A stretch of 64,000 nucleotides of DNA from a virus (lineage: Duplodnaviria > Caudoviricetes), in the IMG/VR virus record IMGVR_UViG_2870609773_000002, positions 15,181 to 79,180 of that record; one strand, written 5' to 3'. Below, in pieces: positions 18,811 to 27,785 of the stretch. The notes under the pieces were generated by a model. That model made no database searches, had not been told where the DNA came from, and saw only the letters and a list, made by a program, of their open reading frames with translations. Within the stretch, counting starts at the first letter, position 1; the number at the start of each line of letters is the position of its first letter. The translations under genes were made by a program, and so were the position numbers.

Positions 18811-19103
18811 TGCCCGGCCGCAAGGGGTGGCGGAACCGCGCCGCCTGCCGAGGACAGGACCTGGTCCTGTTCTTCGGACCCGGTGAGGGCGAGCCCCGCG
18901 AGAGCCCAAAGCAGAAGGAGAACCGCATCGAGCGGGCCAAGCACTTCTGCCGCACCTGCTCCGCCCAGGCCGAGTGCCTGGACTTCCATCTGCAGGCCAG
19001 CGCGGCGCAGTACGGCGTCGCCGGAGGCCTCGACGAGGACGAGCGCACGGCCTACCGGCGGCGCCTGCAACGCAAAGCAGCACGAGAAAGGAGAACCCCG
19101 TGA
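18810..19103 (+). CDS. whiB: WhiB-family Fe-S transcription factor
   Basis: W..RAAC, LFF, AKHFCRTC...C, GVAGG(LDEDER). Confidence 0.9.
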   Translation: MPGRKGWRNRAACRGQDLVLFFGPGEGEPRESPKQKENRIERAKHFCRTCSAQAECLDFHLQASAAQYGVAGGLDEDERTAYRRRLQRKAARERRTP

Positions 19104-19369
19104 CAAGCCTCGCCCGCGAGAACGCTATCAAGGGACTCGCGCACCGCGCCTACGACCGCGACCACACCGACGCCGGGGAACGGCCCAGCACCACGGACTT
19201 CGCGTTCGAGTACGTCACCTGGCTTCTCGCCCAGGGCTGGAGTGAGCCGCCAGAGGCTCAACCGGCACCCGCTCCCGCGTCTCCGACGCCCCCGAACGGG
19301 CTGCGTGGGGCGGCCATCGCTCGTCACGCCCTGGCCCAGATCGGCAAGGGAGGCAGCGATGACCGCTGA
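19100..19369 (+). CDS. Hypothetical protein
   Basis: AAAGGAG RBS, GTG at 19100. Confidence 0.65.
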   Translation: MTSLARENAIKGLAHRAYDRDHTDAGERPSTTDFAFEYVTWLLAQGWSEPPEAQPAPAPASPTPPNGLRGAAIARHALAQIGKGGSDDR

Positions 19370-19724
19370 CCTCGACGACGACAAGGCGTTGGTGCCGTAC
19401 GACGAGTTCGGCAACCTGCTGCGCGCCGCATGGACACCCGAAGGAGAGATCGTGTGGCGCGCACCGGAGCCGTTCAGCGCGCGACTCCAGCTCGGCCAGT
19501 TCGCCCGCGGCCGCGCCGCCGGCTACGTCGTGTGGCTCAACGACGAAAGCCGCATGTTCCCCATGTCGATGACGGAGTTCGTCGAGACCGTACGCACGGT
19601 CGGCGTCGAGCCCGGCGGCTACGTCGAAGCGGAGTGGATCGCGCACCGCCGCGGTGGCGCGTACGGCATACAGCTGTACATGTCGCGGCGCGAGCGGCGC
19701 CAGGTACGGCGCGGCCATGACTGA
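19359..19724 (+). CDS. Hypothetical beta-rich protein (paralog of the next gene's C-terminus)
   Basis: GGGAGG RBS; W..PEPFSARL...RGRAA...FPM...RRGGAYG. Confidence 0.7.
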   Translation: MTADLDDDKALVPYDEFGNLLRAAWTPEGEIVWRAPEPFSARLQLGQFARGRAAGYVVWLNDESRMFPMSMTEFVETVRTVGVEPGGYVEAEWIAHRRGGAYGIQLYMSRRERRQVRRGHD

Positions 19725-20307
19725 GCGCCTGGTCGCGCAGGTCAACGGGTGCCGCTACTGCGGCCTTCCTCAACGCGGCAGCCGCAGGCAGCTCCCGCAC
19801 GCCAGCCGGTGGACTCCCACGGCCGGCTGGCACGTCTGGACGCCGCCCACGCAAGACCAGATCAAGCAGCGCATGAAGGCCCGCCGGACCATGCAGGGCC
19901 AGCGCGCCTCTCACGTGATCATCGACGAGGCCACGAAGTGGCCCGCCCTCGAAAGGACCGACATGCCCGTCACTGAAGCCCCCTACGACGAGCGGGGCGA
20001 CCTCATGCACTACCCGAAGCGCAACGCCGAGTGGCGACCCAATGAGCCGTTCACCGCCACGCTGCGCATCACCGGGTGGGAGCGCGGCCGGTCGGCAGCA
20101 CGGTTCTTCCTCGCCGACCAGGACGACCACGAGTTCCCCATGTTCCTCAAGGACCTCTGCGCGATGCTCAACGCCGCCACCGTCAGCCGGGGCACGGTCA
20201 CCGGCCGCTGGCACGTGGTGAAGCGAGGCGAGAACTACGGGCTGAGCTTCCTCGGGCCGGCCGACGACGATCAGGCGCCGACCACCGGACGGGAGGCTCA
20301 GGTCTGA
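19717..20307 (+). CDS. Hypothetical protein: CxxC N-terminus plus beta-rich domain
   Basis: GCRYCG; W.PNEPFTATL...RGRSA...FPM...KRGENYG. Confidence 0.65.
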   Translation: MTERLVAQVNGCRYCGLPQRGSRRQLPHASRWTPTAGWHVWTPPTQDQIKQRMKARRTMQGQRASHVIIDEATKWPALERTDMPVTEAPYDERGDLMHYPKRNAEWRPNEPFTATLRITGWERGRSAARFFLADQDDHEFPMFLKDLCAMLNAATVSRGTVTGRWHVVKRGENYGLSFLGPADDDQAPTTGREAQV

Positions 20308-20909
20308 TGGCCATCGGAGTGGACTTCGACGGCGTGATCCACGCCTACAGCCGAGGCTGGTTCGACGGGACGGCCTATGACGAGTCGGTGCCCGGCGCGA
20401 TCGAGGGGCTGCGCGCCCTCATGGACAAGCACGCGGTGTTCGTCCACACCAGCCGTGACGTTCGCCAGGTAGCCGGGTGGCTGGCCACGCACGGCTTCGA
20501 GACCACGACCTTCACTCCGCCGAAATTCTGGAACGAACGCGGCCGGCTGCTCGTCACGAACTGGAAGGTCCCGGCCACGGCATACCTCGACGACCGCGCT
20601 GTCCGCTTCACCACCTGGACGGCGGCGCTCGACGAGCTGCTGCACGGTGGCCGGAAGACCACGGACCTGCGGGCCGCGTTCGACCGCATCGACGCCCGCC
20701 ACCAGCCCACGACGACGGAGACGTGGGTCTCCTGCAGCGACCACTGCGGGCAGTGGGTGACCGGCGTCCTGATCATGTGCGCGATGTGCGCGCCCCGGCC
20801 CGTCACCGTCTGCACCAACGACGACTGCCCCACCTGGCCCTGCCCCGACCACCTCGCCCTCCACGGAGAGACCGCCGACACCTGCACCCACAAGGGAGAC
20901 AGCCGATGA
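20307..20909 (+). CDS. HAD-superfamily phosphatase (5'-nucleotidase/PNKP-like) with Cys-rich tail
   Basis: IGVDFDGVIH, HTSR, YLDDRA. Confidence 0.82.
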   Translation: MAIGVDFDGVIHAYSRGWFDGTAYDESVPGAIEGLRALMDKHAVFVHTSRDVRQVAGWLATHGFETTTFTPPKFWNERGRLLVTNWKVPATAYLDDRAVRFTTWTAALDELLHGGRKTTDLRAAFDRIDARHQPTTTETWVSCSDHCGQWVTGVLIMCAMCAPRPVTVCTNDDCPTWPCPDHLALHGETADTCTHKGDSR

Positions 20910-21320
20910 CCGAGCAGCAGCCGATGACGCTCACCGACTGGCGGGGCAACCCCTACACGGTCGGGACGACGATCTTCTACCCGCGCATGTCCGGCCGGTC
21001 GTGCGAGATCCAAGAAGGCGTCGTCATCGACATCTGGGACGCCGTGTACGACCGCGACGTGTACAGGTGGGTTCGGCTCAACCCGAAGAAGGCCAGCCAC
21101 CAGGACGCCACCGGGAACGACCGTCAGACACGCGTCAAGGTGCAGCCGAACGGGCGCGGTTCCCGCAACTTCTACCGCAGTGACGAGCGTCTGGTCACCG
21201 ATGAGCAAGGCGAGTGGGTCCGAGACGAGCAGGGCAGCCCCGTGTGGGAGTCCGTGGGCATCAAACCCGTCACCCTGATGATCACCGAGAACATCACCGT
21301 CGCCACCTGCACCCACAAGG
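20879..21320 (+). repeat. 17-bp direct repeat CACCTGCACCCACAAGG at 20879-20895 and 21304-21320
   Basis: Identical 17-mers at the 3' ends of two adjacent genes. Confidence 0.85.
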
Positions 21321-21328
21321 ACGGCTGA
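20906..21328 (+). CDS. Hypothetical protein
   Basis: AAGGGAG RBS, overlaps both neighbours. Confidence 0.7.
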   Translation: MTEQQPMTLTDWRGNPYTVGTTIFYPRMSGRSCEIQEGVVIDIWDAVYDRDVYRWVRLNPKKASHQDATGNDRQTRVKVQPNGRGSRNFYRSDERLVTDEQGEWVRDEQGSPVWESVGIKPVTLMITENITVATCTHKDG

Positions 21329-21873
21329 TGCTCGAACACCTCAGCCCGAGCGAGCGGGCCGTCCTCCTCATCATGCTGAACCGCAGCCTCGACGACCACC
21401 GCGTACCGCCCGAAGCTGCTGACCACGTCCGGCAGCACTTCCGGGACCAGCTCGAAGCCTTCGTCAGCCCGCGCCCCGCCACCCTGGTCTACACCGGGTG
21501 GCGGGGCGCCGCCCGTCAACGCGTCCGCGCCGACCTCGAGACCACGCTGGCGCGAGCCCGCGGCCGTCTCCACGTGATCGTCGGCTACAACCCCGACACC
21601 GACGAACCCTCGGGCGGGGATCGGTGGACGTACGAATGGGCGATCCACACGCCGGGCGTGACCGTCGAGACGCACCCCGCGCCGTGGCACATCCCCGCCC
21701 TGTCGAGGTCAGCGGGGCCGTACCGGAACGGATTCATGCTCGGCGTCGCCGCCGGCCGCGGGGGCGCCTTCGAGGTCCTGGCCCACCTGCACCCGTCCAG
21801 CAGAGGCGCATCCGGTACCGCCGCGTACGCCGACCACCTTGGCCTACGCATCCGGAAGGAGCCCGCCTTATGA
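21328..21873 (+). CDS. SLOG-superfamily protein (DUF2493/YspA-like)
   Basis: VYTGWR, GGDRWTYEWA, HPAPW, AGPYRNGFM, SRGASGT. Confidence 0.75.
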   Translation: MLEHLSPSERAVLLIMLNRSLDDHRVPPEAADHVRQHFRDQLEAFVSPRPATLVYTGWRGAARQRVRADLETTLARARGRLHVIVGYNPDTDEPSGGDRWTYEWAIHTPGVTVETHPAPWHIPALSRSAGPYRNGFMLGVAAGRGGAFEVLAHLHPSSRGASGTAAYADHLGLRIRKEPAL

Positions 21874-23018
21874 CCAACAAGTCCGACGTCAAGAAGCTCG
21901 TCGAGACCGAGACGGAACGCCTCGGCTTCACGATGCAGCTTGCCAACGGCAAGTTCCTCATCACCAACCCGGAGAACGGCCGCACCGGCGAGATCCCGCT
22001 CCAGGCCATGGGCCGTGGCCTCGACAACTACAAGACCAAGATCCGATCCCTGCTGAACGACCACCCCACGAAACCCTCCCCCATGGTCGCCGCCACCGAC
22101 CCCGCCCCCGAGAAAGCCGACACCATGCCCCGTGACACCTGGTGGAGCGTTGACGAGCTCGTCGGCGCAGCCCTCGCGAACGGCATCAAGCCGTACGTGT
22201 CAGGAGGACTCCTCCACACCCCCGGCCCCGTCGAGTCCAAGTCGTACGCGGACATGCTGCACGCCCGCGAAACCGAGGTCATCGCCTACCTCACCAAGAA
22301 CACCACCACCGCCACCACCGAAGGAGACACCGACGTGCCGAAGATCGGCGACACCGCGACCGTCGTCCGGAGCAAGCCCCGCGACATCTTCGCCGACGCC
22401 GAAGCGCTCTGGGGGCTGCTCCGCGACGCCGCCCGCGACCAGGGAGACAAGCCGCTGACCAACGGCAACGTCCCGGGCGTCCAGTGGGTCGGCGCCCTCG
22501 CCGACATCATCAAGGCCACCTGCCCCGACTGGGACTCCGAGCACGAGAAGGACGTCCGCCAGTACCTGAACCGGACCGAGCACACCCGCTGCCACCGGCC
22601 CCGCGCCAACCCGCCCGTCTGGTGGATCGCGCTGGAGTGGAACGACGGCGGACTCACCGTCACCAAGACCACCCCGAAGCCCGATCCCAGGACCGTCGCA
22701 GCCGCCGCCGCGAAGGCCTCGACGAAGAAGACACCCACACCCGTCCCGGCCTCGGCCGACACCGCGCCGCCGGCCACAGCAGGCCCTGCGCTCCGGGCGC
22801 TCCTCGGGTTCGAGCAGGCCATTCAGCGGACCGAGGCCGAGCGGGACCAGGCCATCCGCGAACGCGACGACGCCCGCACCGCGCTGGAGGAGATGCGCGC
22901 CGACCGGGACAACCTCCTCGTCGAGCTGGACGAGATGAAGGCCGAACGCGACCAGGTGAAGACGGAGCTGGACGCCATCAACGCCGTGTTCGCCCGGTAC
23001 AACGGAGGCACCGCGTGA
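21870..23018 (+). CDS. Multidomain hypothetical protein with C-terminal coiled coil
   Basis: AAGGAG RBS; heptad-rich ERDQAIRERDDAR tail; N-terminus loosely HicA-like. Confidence 0.65.
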   Translation: MTNKSDVKKLVETETERLGFTMQLANGKFLITNPENGRTGEIPLQAMGRGLDNYKTKIRSLLNDHPTKPSPMVAATDPAPEKADTMPRDTWWSVDELVGAALANGIKPYVSGGLLHTPGPVESKSYADMLHARETEVIAYLTKNTTTATTEGDTDVPKIGDTATVVRSKPRDIFADAEALWGLLRDAARDQGDKPLTNGNVPGVQWVGALADIIKATCPDWDSEHEKDVRQYLNRTEHTRCHRPRANPPVWWIALEWNDGGLTVTKTTPKPDPRTVAAAAAKASTKKTPTPVPASADTAPPATAGPALRALLGFEQAIQRTEAERDQAIRERDDARTALEEMRADRDNLLVELDEMKAERDQVKTELDAINAVFARYNGGTA

Positions 23019-23051
23019 TCGAACTGTCCGGATCGGACATGGGGGAGTGGC

Positions 23052-23585
23052 GTGTTCTCTCGCGCTGACGTGAAGCCGTGCAAGGGCAGCAAGGACAAGA
23101 TGCCGTGCGGGCGGTTCGTCCGCTGGACTCGCACCGTGGCCGGCGTCCCCTACGCGGTTGACCTGGCCCCGCACGAGGACGGCAACACCGCCGTCTGGAG
23201 GGACGTCCACGGGATCCTCCGGTCCCGCCGCATCACCGAGGACCTGCCGCTCGTTCCGCCGGAGAAGCGGATGATGCCGCACGCTGCGACCTGTCCCGGC
23301 AAACCGCGGGTCCAGACCCCGCCACCGCCACCGCGGCCGCCACGCAGGCCCGCACCACCACCGGCCGGACGGCTGTACGACCTGCTCGGCGTCACCAGCA
23401 CCGCGCATCCGGACGACATCAGGAAGGCGTACCGCAGGCTGGCCCGCCAGCTCCACCCCGACGTCAACCCCGACCCGAAGGTGGCGGCGCGATTCCAGGA
23501 GATCGGGGAGGCATACCACGTCCTGTCCGATCCCGGCCGGCGGCGGACGTACGACCTGACGGGTCGGCCACCACGAGCCGGATGA
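23052..23585 (+). CDS. J-domain (DnaJ-like) co-chaperone with N-terminal Cys/His domain
   Basis: LYDLLGV...[17 protein letters not shown]...[13 protein letters not shown]...YD; HPD motif. Confidence 0.9.
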   Translation: MFSRADVKPCKGSKDKMPCGRFVRWTRTVAGVPYAVDLAPHEDGNTAVWRDVHGILRSRRITEDLPLVPPEKRMMPHAATCPGKPRVQTPPPPPRPPRRPAPPPAGRLYDLLGVTSTAHPDDIRKAYRRLARQLHPDVNPDPKVAARFQEIGEAYHVLSDPGRRRTYDLTGRPPRAG

Positions 23586-23588
23586 ACG

Positions 23589-23610
23589 CTAATAGCGGTA
23601 CCGCTATCGT
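23589..23610. promoter_or_regulatory. 22-bp palindromic site, copy 3 (CTAATAGCGGTACCGCTATCGT)
   Basis: Consensus match, between the J-domain gene and the initiator. Confidence 0.8.
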
Positions 23611-23667
23611 TGCGGGACGCCTCTTCCCTCGGTGGCTCCCTTGGAATACCAGCACGTAAGGGGCCTG

Positions 23668-24669
23668 ATGGGTTACAAGTTGGCCGACGAGGTGGCGATC
23701 AACGCGCCTAAGAGCACGCCTCCGAGGGACCTGCTCGCGTTGATCGCCATCGCTCGCAGGATCAACGACGCGACTCGCACCGGCTGGCTGACCCGCGAGG
23801 AGATCGCGCACTGGGCGAGGATCGACGTGCGGTCGGTGAAGGCGATGCGGGAGCGGCTGGTCGAGGCTGGGCTGCTCGTCGTGCTCGAATCGGGGGGCGG
23901 CCGCCGGAAGGCGACCGTGTTCTACATCCCTCCGATGCCTGGGTATCTGCCCGGGGAGCCGCCGCGTCCGCTCGACCTGGAGCTCGAAGCGGGCCCCTCG
24001 GACTTCCCCGTTTCGGGGCCGGACGGGTCCACGGGGGACCGGAAAGGGGGAAGTCCAGACTTCCCCGTTTCTCCTGTGGATGACGCTGTGGACGACCGGG
24101 AGACCGGTGGAAAAGGGGGAAGTCCAGGCTTCCCCGTTTCCGCGACCGAAAGGGGGAAGTCTGGACCGCAAAAGGGGAAGTTTGGGGCGAAAAAGGGGAA
24201 GTTTGGGGCGAAAAAGGGGAAGTCTGGACTTCCCCCCAATCCTCTCTCCACTCCTCAACTTCAATCCTCTTCTTCTCCGTACGGGGTCGAGGAGGAACCA
24301 AGCGCCCAAGCCGCCGACCACCACCCGGAAGACGAAGACAAGATCAGCAAGGAGGAGAAGAACACCCCGGCGGCCAGCCGCGCCGCCCGGGTCATCACCA
24401 AGCGCATCGGAGTGCCGCTCGACGAAGCCGAGCGCATCGCCCAGACCATCGCCCACGAAAACCGCGTCCGCCGAGCCCTGCACGTGTACGTCGCGGGTAT
24501 CCCCGCAGCGGACCTGCGCACCTGGCGCGAGACCGCCCGCAACCACGAAGCCCGCGAACAGGCCAAGGCCACACGGACCAACCGCCCCGCCGGCCGGTGC
24601 GACCTGCACTGGCAGCCCATCCCCTGCATCGGGTGCGCGGCCGACGCCAAGGCTATGCCCGACGCGTGA
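23668..24669 (+). CDS. Phage replication initiator (wHTH N-terminus, iteron-encoding linker)
   Basis: LLALIAIA..IND..RTGW...EEIAHWA....RSVK...L...GLL......GGRRKATVF; C-terminal CDLH..CxxC. Confidence 0.8.
   Translation: MGYKLADEVAINAPKSTPPRDLLALIAIARRINDATRTGWLTREEIAHWARIDVRSVKAMRERLVEAGLLVVLESGGGRRKATVFYIPPMPGYLPGEPPRPLDLELEAGPSDFPVSGPDGSTGDRKGGSPDFPVSPVDDAVDDRETGGKGGSPGFPVSATERGKSGPQKGKFGAKKGKFGAKKGKSGLPPNPLSTPQLQSSSSPYGVEEEPSAQAADHHPEDEDKISKEEKNTPAASRAARVITKRIGVPLDEAERIAQTIAHENRVRRALHVYVAGIPAADLRTWRETARNHEAREQAKATRTNRPAGRCDLHWQPIPCIGCAADAKAMPDA
24001..24235. repeat. Iteron array / probable lytic origin inside the initiator gene
   Basis: GGGGAAGT at 24047, 24116, 24153, 24174, 24195, 24216; inverse copies at 24002, 24059, 24228; 21-bp tandem period; DnaA-box-like TGTGGATGA near 24075. 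Confidence 0.8.
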
Positions 24670-25238
24670 CCCGCAGGTTGGCGGATAGAGCGACACCCCG
24701 CAAGCCTGCTACCAGCGCAAACGCGGAACGCGCCCGCAAGGCGGACCGCCGGAATCACGCGAAAACAGGCCAAAGAGCGGCCGAACCGGGCCGGAAACCC
24801 ATCAGAACGAGGCTGGGCCACCTCCTCGTCGCTGATGGGTTTTCGCATGCCCGGAGACGCTTCATGACGCATCTGACGCACCATGAGAGACGCGACGCAC
24901 CCCGCAGAACGCTCTGAGATGGATGCAGGGGGACGAACACCGGTCCTCCGGCATAGAGGAGTACCCCCGGGACAGAGAAGCGCTCTGCGTCGATCTGGGA
25001 GCGTTCAATCAAGATCAAGAGTTGGAAATTCGAGCCGGGGCTGGATGGCGCGTCGGCGGTCGGCGGTTCGGGTGATTCGGTGCCAACGTAGACGATCAGC
25101 CTCACTGACTATCTATCGAACGCGCGTTCGATTTGCCTTCAGGCCGGCCCGTTTTGTGACCTAACCGTTATAAATCCGCCGGAAAACCGTTACAAAAATT
25201 GGGCCCCCAAAGATCCTTACTGGTCTACCGTTTGTCAT

Positions 25239-26144
25239 GTGCAGATACGAACAAGCGAACGGCTCGCGTGGCTCACCGCAGTTGCGGCGCTCGCGTTCCT
25301 AGTAGCCAACACGCAGGCAGGAGGGGATGTGACCACGGCAACGCTGGTAGCGGACGAACCAACCGCGACCGTCACTGTCAGCGGTCCCCCCGGCCCGCCC
25401 GGACCCCAGGGCCCCCAGGGCGACCCCGGACCGATGGGCCCCCAGGGACCGCAAGGCGAACCCGGCGCGTCCGGCCCGCCCGGACCGCAGGGCAACGCCG
25501 GACCGATGGGAACCCCCGGACCTTCCGGCCCGCCCGGTCCCCAGGGCGACCCCGGACCTACGGCAACCGTCACCGCCGTACCGGTCCCCGGGCCCAAGGG
25601 CGACAAGGGCGACAAGGGCGACGCCGGACCCCAGGGCGAGCAAGGGCCCGCCGGACCGTCCGGCCCTCCGGGACCATCCGGCCCACCCGGACCCCAGGGC
25701 GACCAGGGCGACACCGGCCCCAAGGGCGACCCCGGACCGACCGGACCGCAGGGCGACCCCGGACCCACCGGAAGCGCCGGGCCATCCGGCCCGCCCGGCA
25801 CCGGCGACCCCGGACCGACTGGAGCCGCAGGGCCCGCCGGACGGGACGGCACCGCAGGGAGCCCCGGACCGTCCGGCAAGCCCCGATCGCCCGGACCCAA
25901 GGGCGACCAGGGCGACCCCGGAACGGCGGACACGCCGGAACCCGGCGAGATCGACGCGGCGAACACGGCCAACGGCGACCCCGTGACCGTGTGGGCCGCG
26001 TGGCTTGCCGCCCTGCTGGCAGTCGGAGCCGCCACGCTCGGACTGCTGATCAGGCGGCGACGCCGCAACCGCAGACCGGCCAGCGAAACCGCTGGTCAAC
26101 CTGCTAACAGCGGTACCGCTATCGACGACACACAGCAGCTCTAA
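25239..26144 (+). CDS. Collagen-like surface protein (signal peptide, Gly-X-Y repeats, C-terminal TM)
   Basis: 20 uninterrupted GXY triplets, a short linker, then more than 30 further triplets with small breaks; TM followed by RRRRR. Confidence 0.85.
   Translation: MQIRTSERLAWLTAVAALAFLVANTQAGGDVTTATLVADEPTATVTVSGPPGPPGPQGPQGDPGPMGPQGPQGEPGASGPPGPQGNAGPMGTPGPSGPPGPQGDPGPTATVTAVPVPGPKGDKGDKGDAGPQGEQGPAGPSGPPGPSGPPGPQGDQGDTGPKGDPGPTGPQGDPGPTGSAGPSGPPGTGDPGPTGAAGPAGRDGTAGSPGPSGKPRSPGPKGDQGDPGTADTPEPGEIDAANTANGDPVTVWAAWLAALLAVGAATLGLLIRRRRRNRRPASETAGQPANSGTAIDDTQQL
26104..26125. promoter_or_regulatory. 22-bp palindromic site, copy 4 (CTAACAGCGGTACCGCTATCGA)
   Basis: Consensus match in the last codons of the collagen gene. 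Confidence 0.8.
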
Positions 26145-26202
26145 CCAACCCGCCCGCCCGGACCGTCCGGGCGGGCACCCAACACCACGAAAGGCACGAC
26201 CC

Positions 26203-26841
26203 ATGCAGATCACCATCAACCCCGCCGAGATCTTCGACGCCATCGAGCGCGTCACCGTCGCCCACAAGGCCACGTTCTCCCGTCAGGGCATCTCCCGCCC
26301 GACCGGCAACGTCGTGATCGGTCTGGCCGCTTCCGGCCGCCTTGACGAGCTGGCGAACGCCGACTCTGAGGGCAGCGTCGCAGACCGCATCATCACCGGC
26401 GACGAGCTGAAGGACCTGCCCGCCGAGTACATCGCCACTCTCGGCACCGGCAAGAACGCGCCCAAGTTCACGACGTACGCCCTGATCGGCATGCGCGTCG
26501 CCGCACAGCTCGGGTTCGGACAGGCGACCCTCGCGGAGCTGGGCAAGGTGCCCGGCACCAGCGCCACCAAGGTGCAGAACTTCCTTGCTGAGCTTCCCGA
26601 GATGGCCGAGTACCGCAAGGAGATCGAGGCCCGTAAGAAGGCCGCCGCGAAGGTCGCCGCCGACACGGCCGCCGTCCGCCTCGTGTGGAAGTTCGCCGAG
26701 AAGTTCAAGGCCCCGCACAGCGAAGAGACGTACGCGGAGGTCATGGAGGAGCGCGGCATGTCGTTCGACCGCGTGCAGGAGATCATCCGGCTTCTGACCG
26801 CTGAGGCCGACGTCAAGGCCGCCGAGAAGGCCGACGCCTAA
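26203..26841 (+). CDS. Hypothetical helical protein
   Basis: GAAAGG RBS; strongly biased codon usage. Confidence 0.75.
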   Translation: MQITINPAEIFDAIERVTVAHKATFSRQGISRPTGNVVIGLAASGRLDELANADSEGSVADRIITGDELKDLPAEYIATLGTGKNAPKFTTYALIGMRVAAQLGFGQATLAELGKVPGTSATKVQNFLAELPEMAEYRKEIEARKKAAAKVAADTAAVRLVWKFAEKFKAPHSEETYAEVMEERGMSFDRVQEIIRLLTAEADVKAAEKADA

Positions 26842-26848
26842 CCCCCAC

Positions 26849-26883
26849 CGGGCGCGCCCGTGTCGCCACCACGGGCGCGCCCG
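26849..26883 (+). terminator. Hairpin terminator-like element
   Basis: 14-bp perfect stem CGGGCGCGCCCGTG / CACGGGCGCGCCCG, 7-nt loop, just after the stop. Confidence 0.6.
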
Positions 26884-26931
26884 CCCCACCCCTCACTCAC
26901 CAACGCCACAACGCCGCAGGAGGCCCCCAAC

Positions 26932-27618
26932 ATGATCCGCCGTGAGCAGGTAGAAGTGACCCGAGAGCACGCGCTGAACGCGCACCGGTCCGTCAGGGAC
27001 CACATGAGCCGATGCCGCCCATGCACCAAGGAGCCCATCCCGTGCGAGCTGGGCAGCATGTTGCAGCGTGGCGCGGGCAAGATCTCCCGCGAGGCAGCCG
27101 ACGCCCTAGCCGCCTACCTCCCGCCCGGCACCGAGGTCACCTACCAGGGCGACCGGCCCGAGTATCGGGGTAGGACGTTCGTTGTCGTGGGGCTTGCCCC
27201 GCGAACCCCGTGGATCGGCTACGTCCTCCGTGGGAGCGGCATTCGCCCGTTCTTCGCGACGCTGCCGAACGTCCAACCGAGCAGCCGCGAGGCTCAGCAG
27301 CGGAACCGGCTCGAAGCCGTCAAGCGCACGGTGGCCGTGTGCTGCGCCGTGCTGGCTCAGCACATGGTGTATCTCGACGTGAAGACGGAGCGGAGCGACA
27401 CCGGCGTTATCTGTGTGACCTGGAGTAGCGCGGAGTTCGTAGGCGCGGAGAACCGCGCGACGAGCGAGAGCGGCAAGCAGTCCGGGCAGTACATCGCCGG
27501 AGCGCTCTACCTGTTGCAGGCGCTACGCGCGCACACGCAGCGCCGTTCGTGGGATGACGTGGCGCGCGTCGCCCACAACGCCCAGAAGCTAGCCGACCAT
27601 GCGGGCGTTCGCGTGTAG
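26932..27618 (+). CDS. Hypothetical protein
   Basis: AGGAGG RBS; HxxxCxxC...C N-terminus. Confidence 0.65.
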   Translation: MIRREQVEVTREHALNAHRSVRDHMSRCRPCTKEPIPCELGSMLQRGAGKISREAADALAAYLPPGTEVTYQGDRPEYRGRTFVVVGLAPRTPWIGYVLRGSGIRPFFATLPNVQPSSREAQQRNRLEAVKRTVAVCCAVLAQHMVYLDVKTERSDTGVICVTWSSAEFVGAENRATSESGKQSGQYIAGALYLLQALRAHTQRRSWDDVARVAHNAQKLADHAGVRV

Positions 27619-27785
27619 CGCGACGCGCGACCAGCGCCGGACCGCATCGCGCGGTTCGGCGCTTCCGCATGCCCCCCGAGGGTACCCCGTTCGGGGCCGG
27701 CCAGGGCTGCATTCGGCTTGGTACCTGCGAAAAGATTTTGATCTTGTAGCCTTGTGGGCGTTTCGTCTCGGGGTCAGGGGGTGCC

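Noticed and set aside
24168-24235. CRISPR array (21-bp periodic repeats, or the 22-bp palindromes)
   Set aside because: No unique spacers of regular length and no cas genes; the repeats are intragenic iterons or widely dispersed sites.
24883-25164. 93-aa ORF in the rep-collagen gap
   Set aside because: No clear RBS or motifs; the region looks regulatory (GACGC repeats, AT-rich promoter).
25235-26273. Minus-strand Gly-Pro repeat ORFs
   Set aside because: Reverse-complement echoes of the collagen gene, which alone has a signal peptide and TM anchor.
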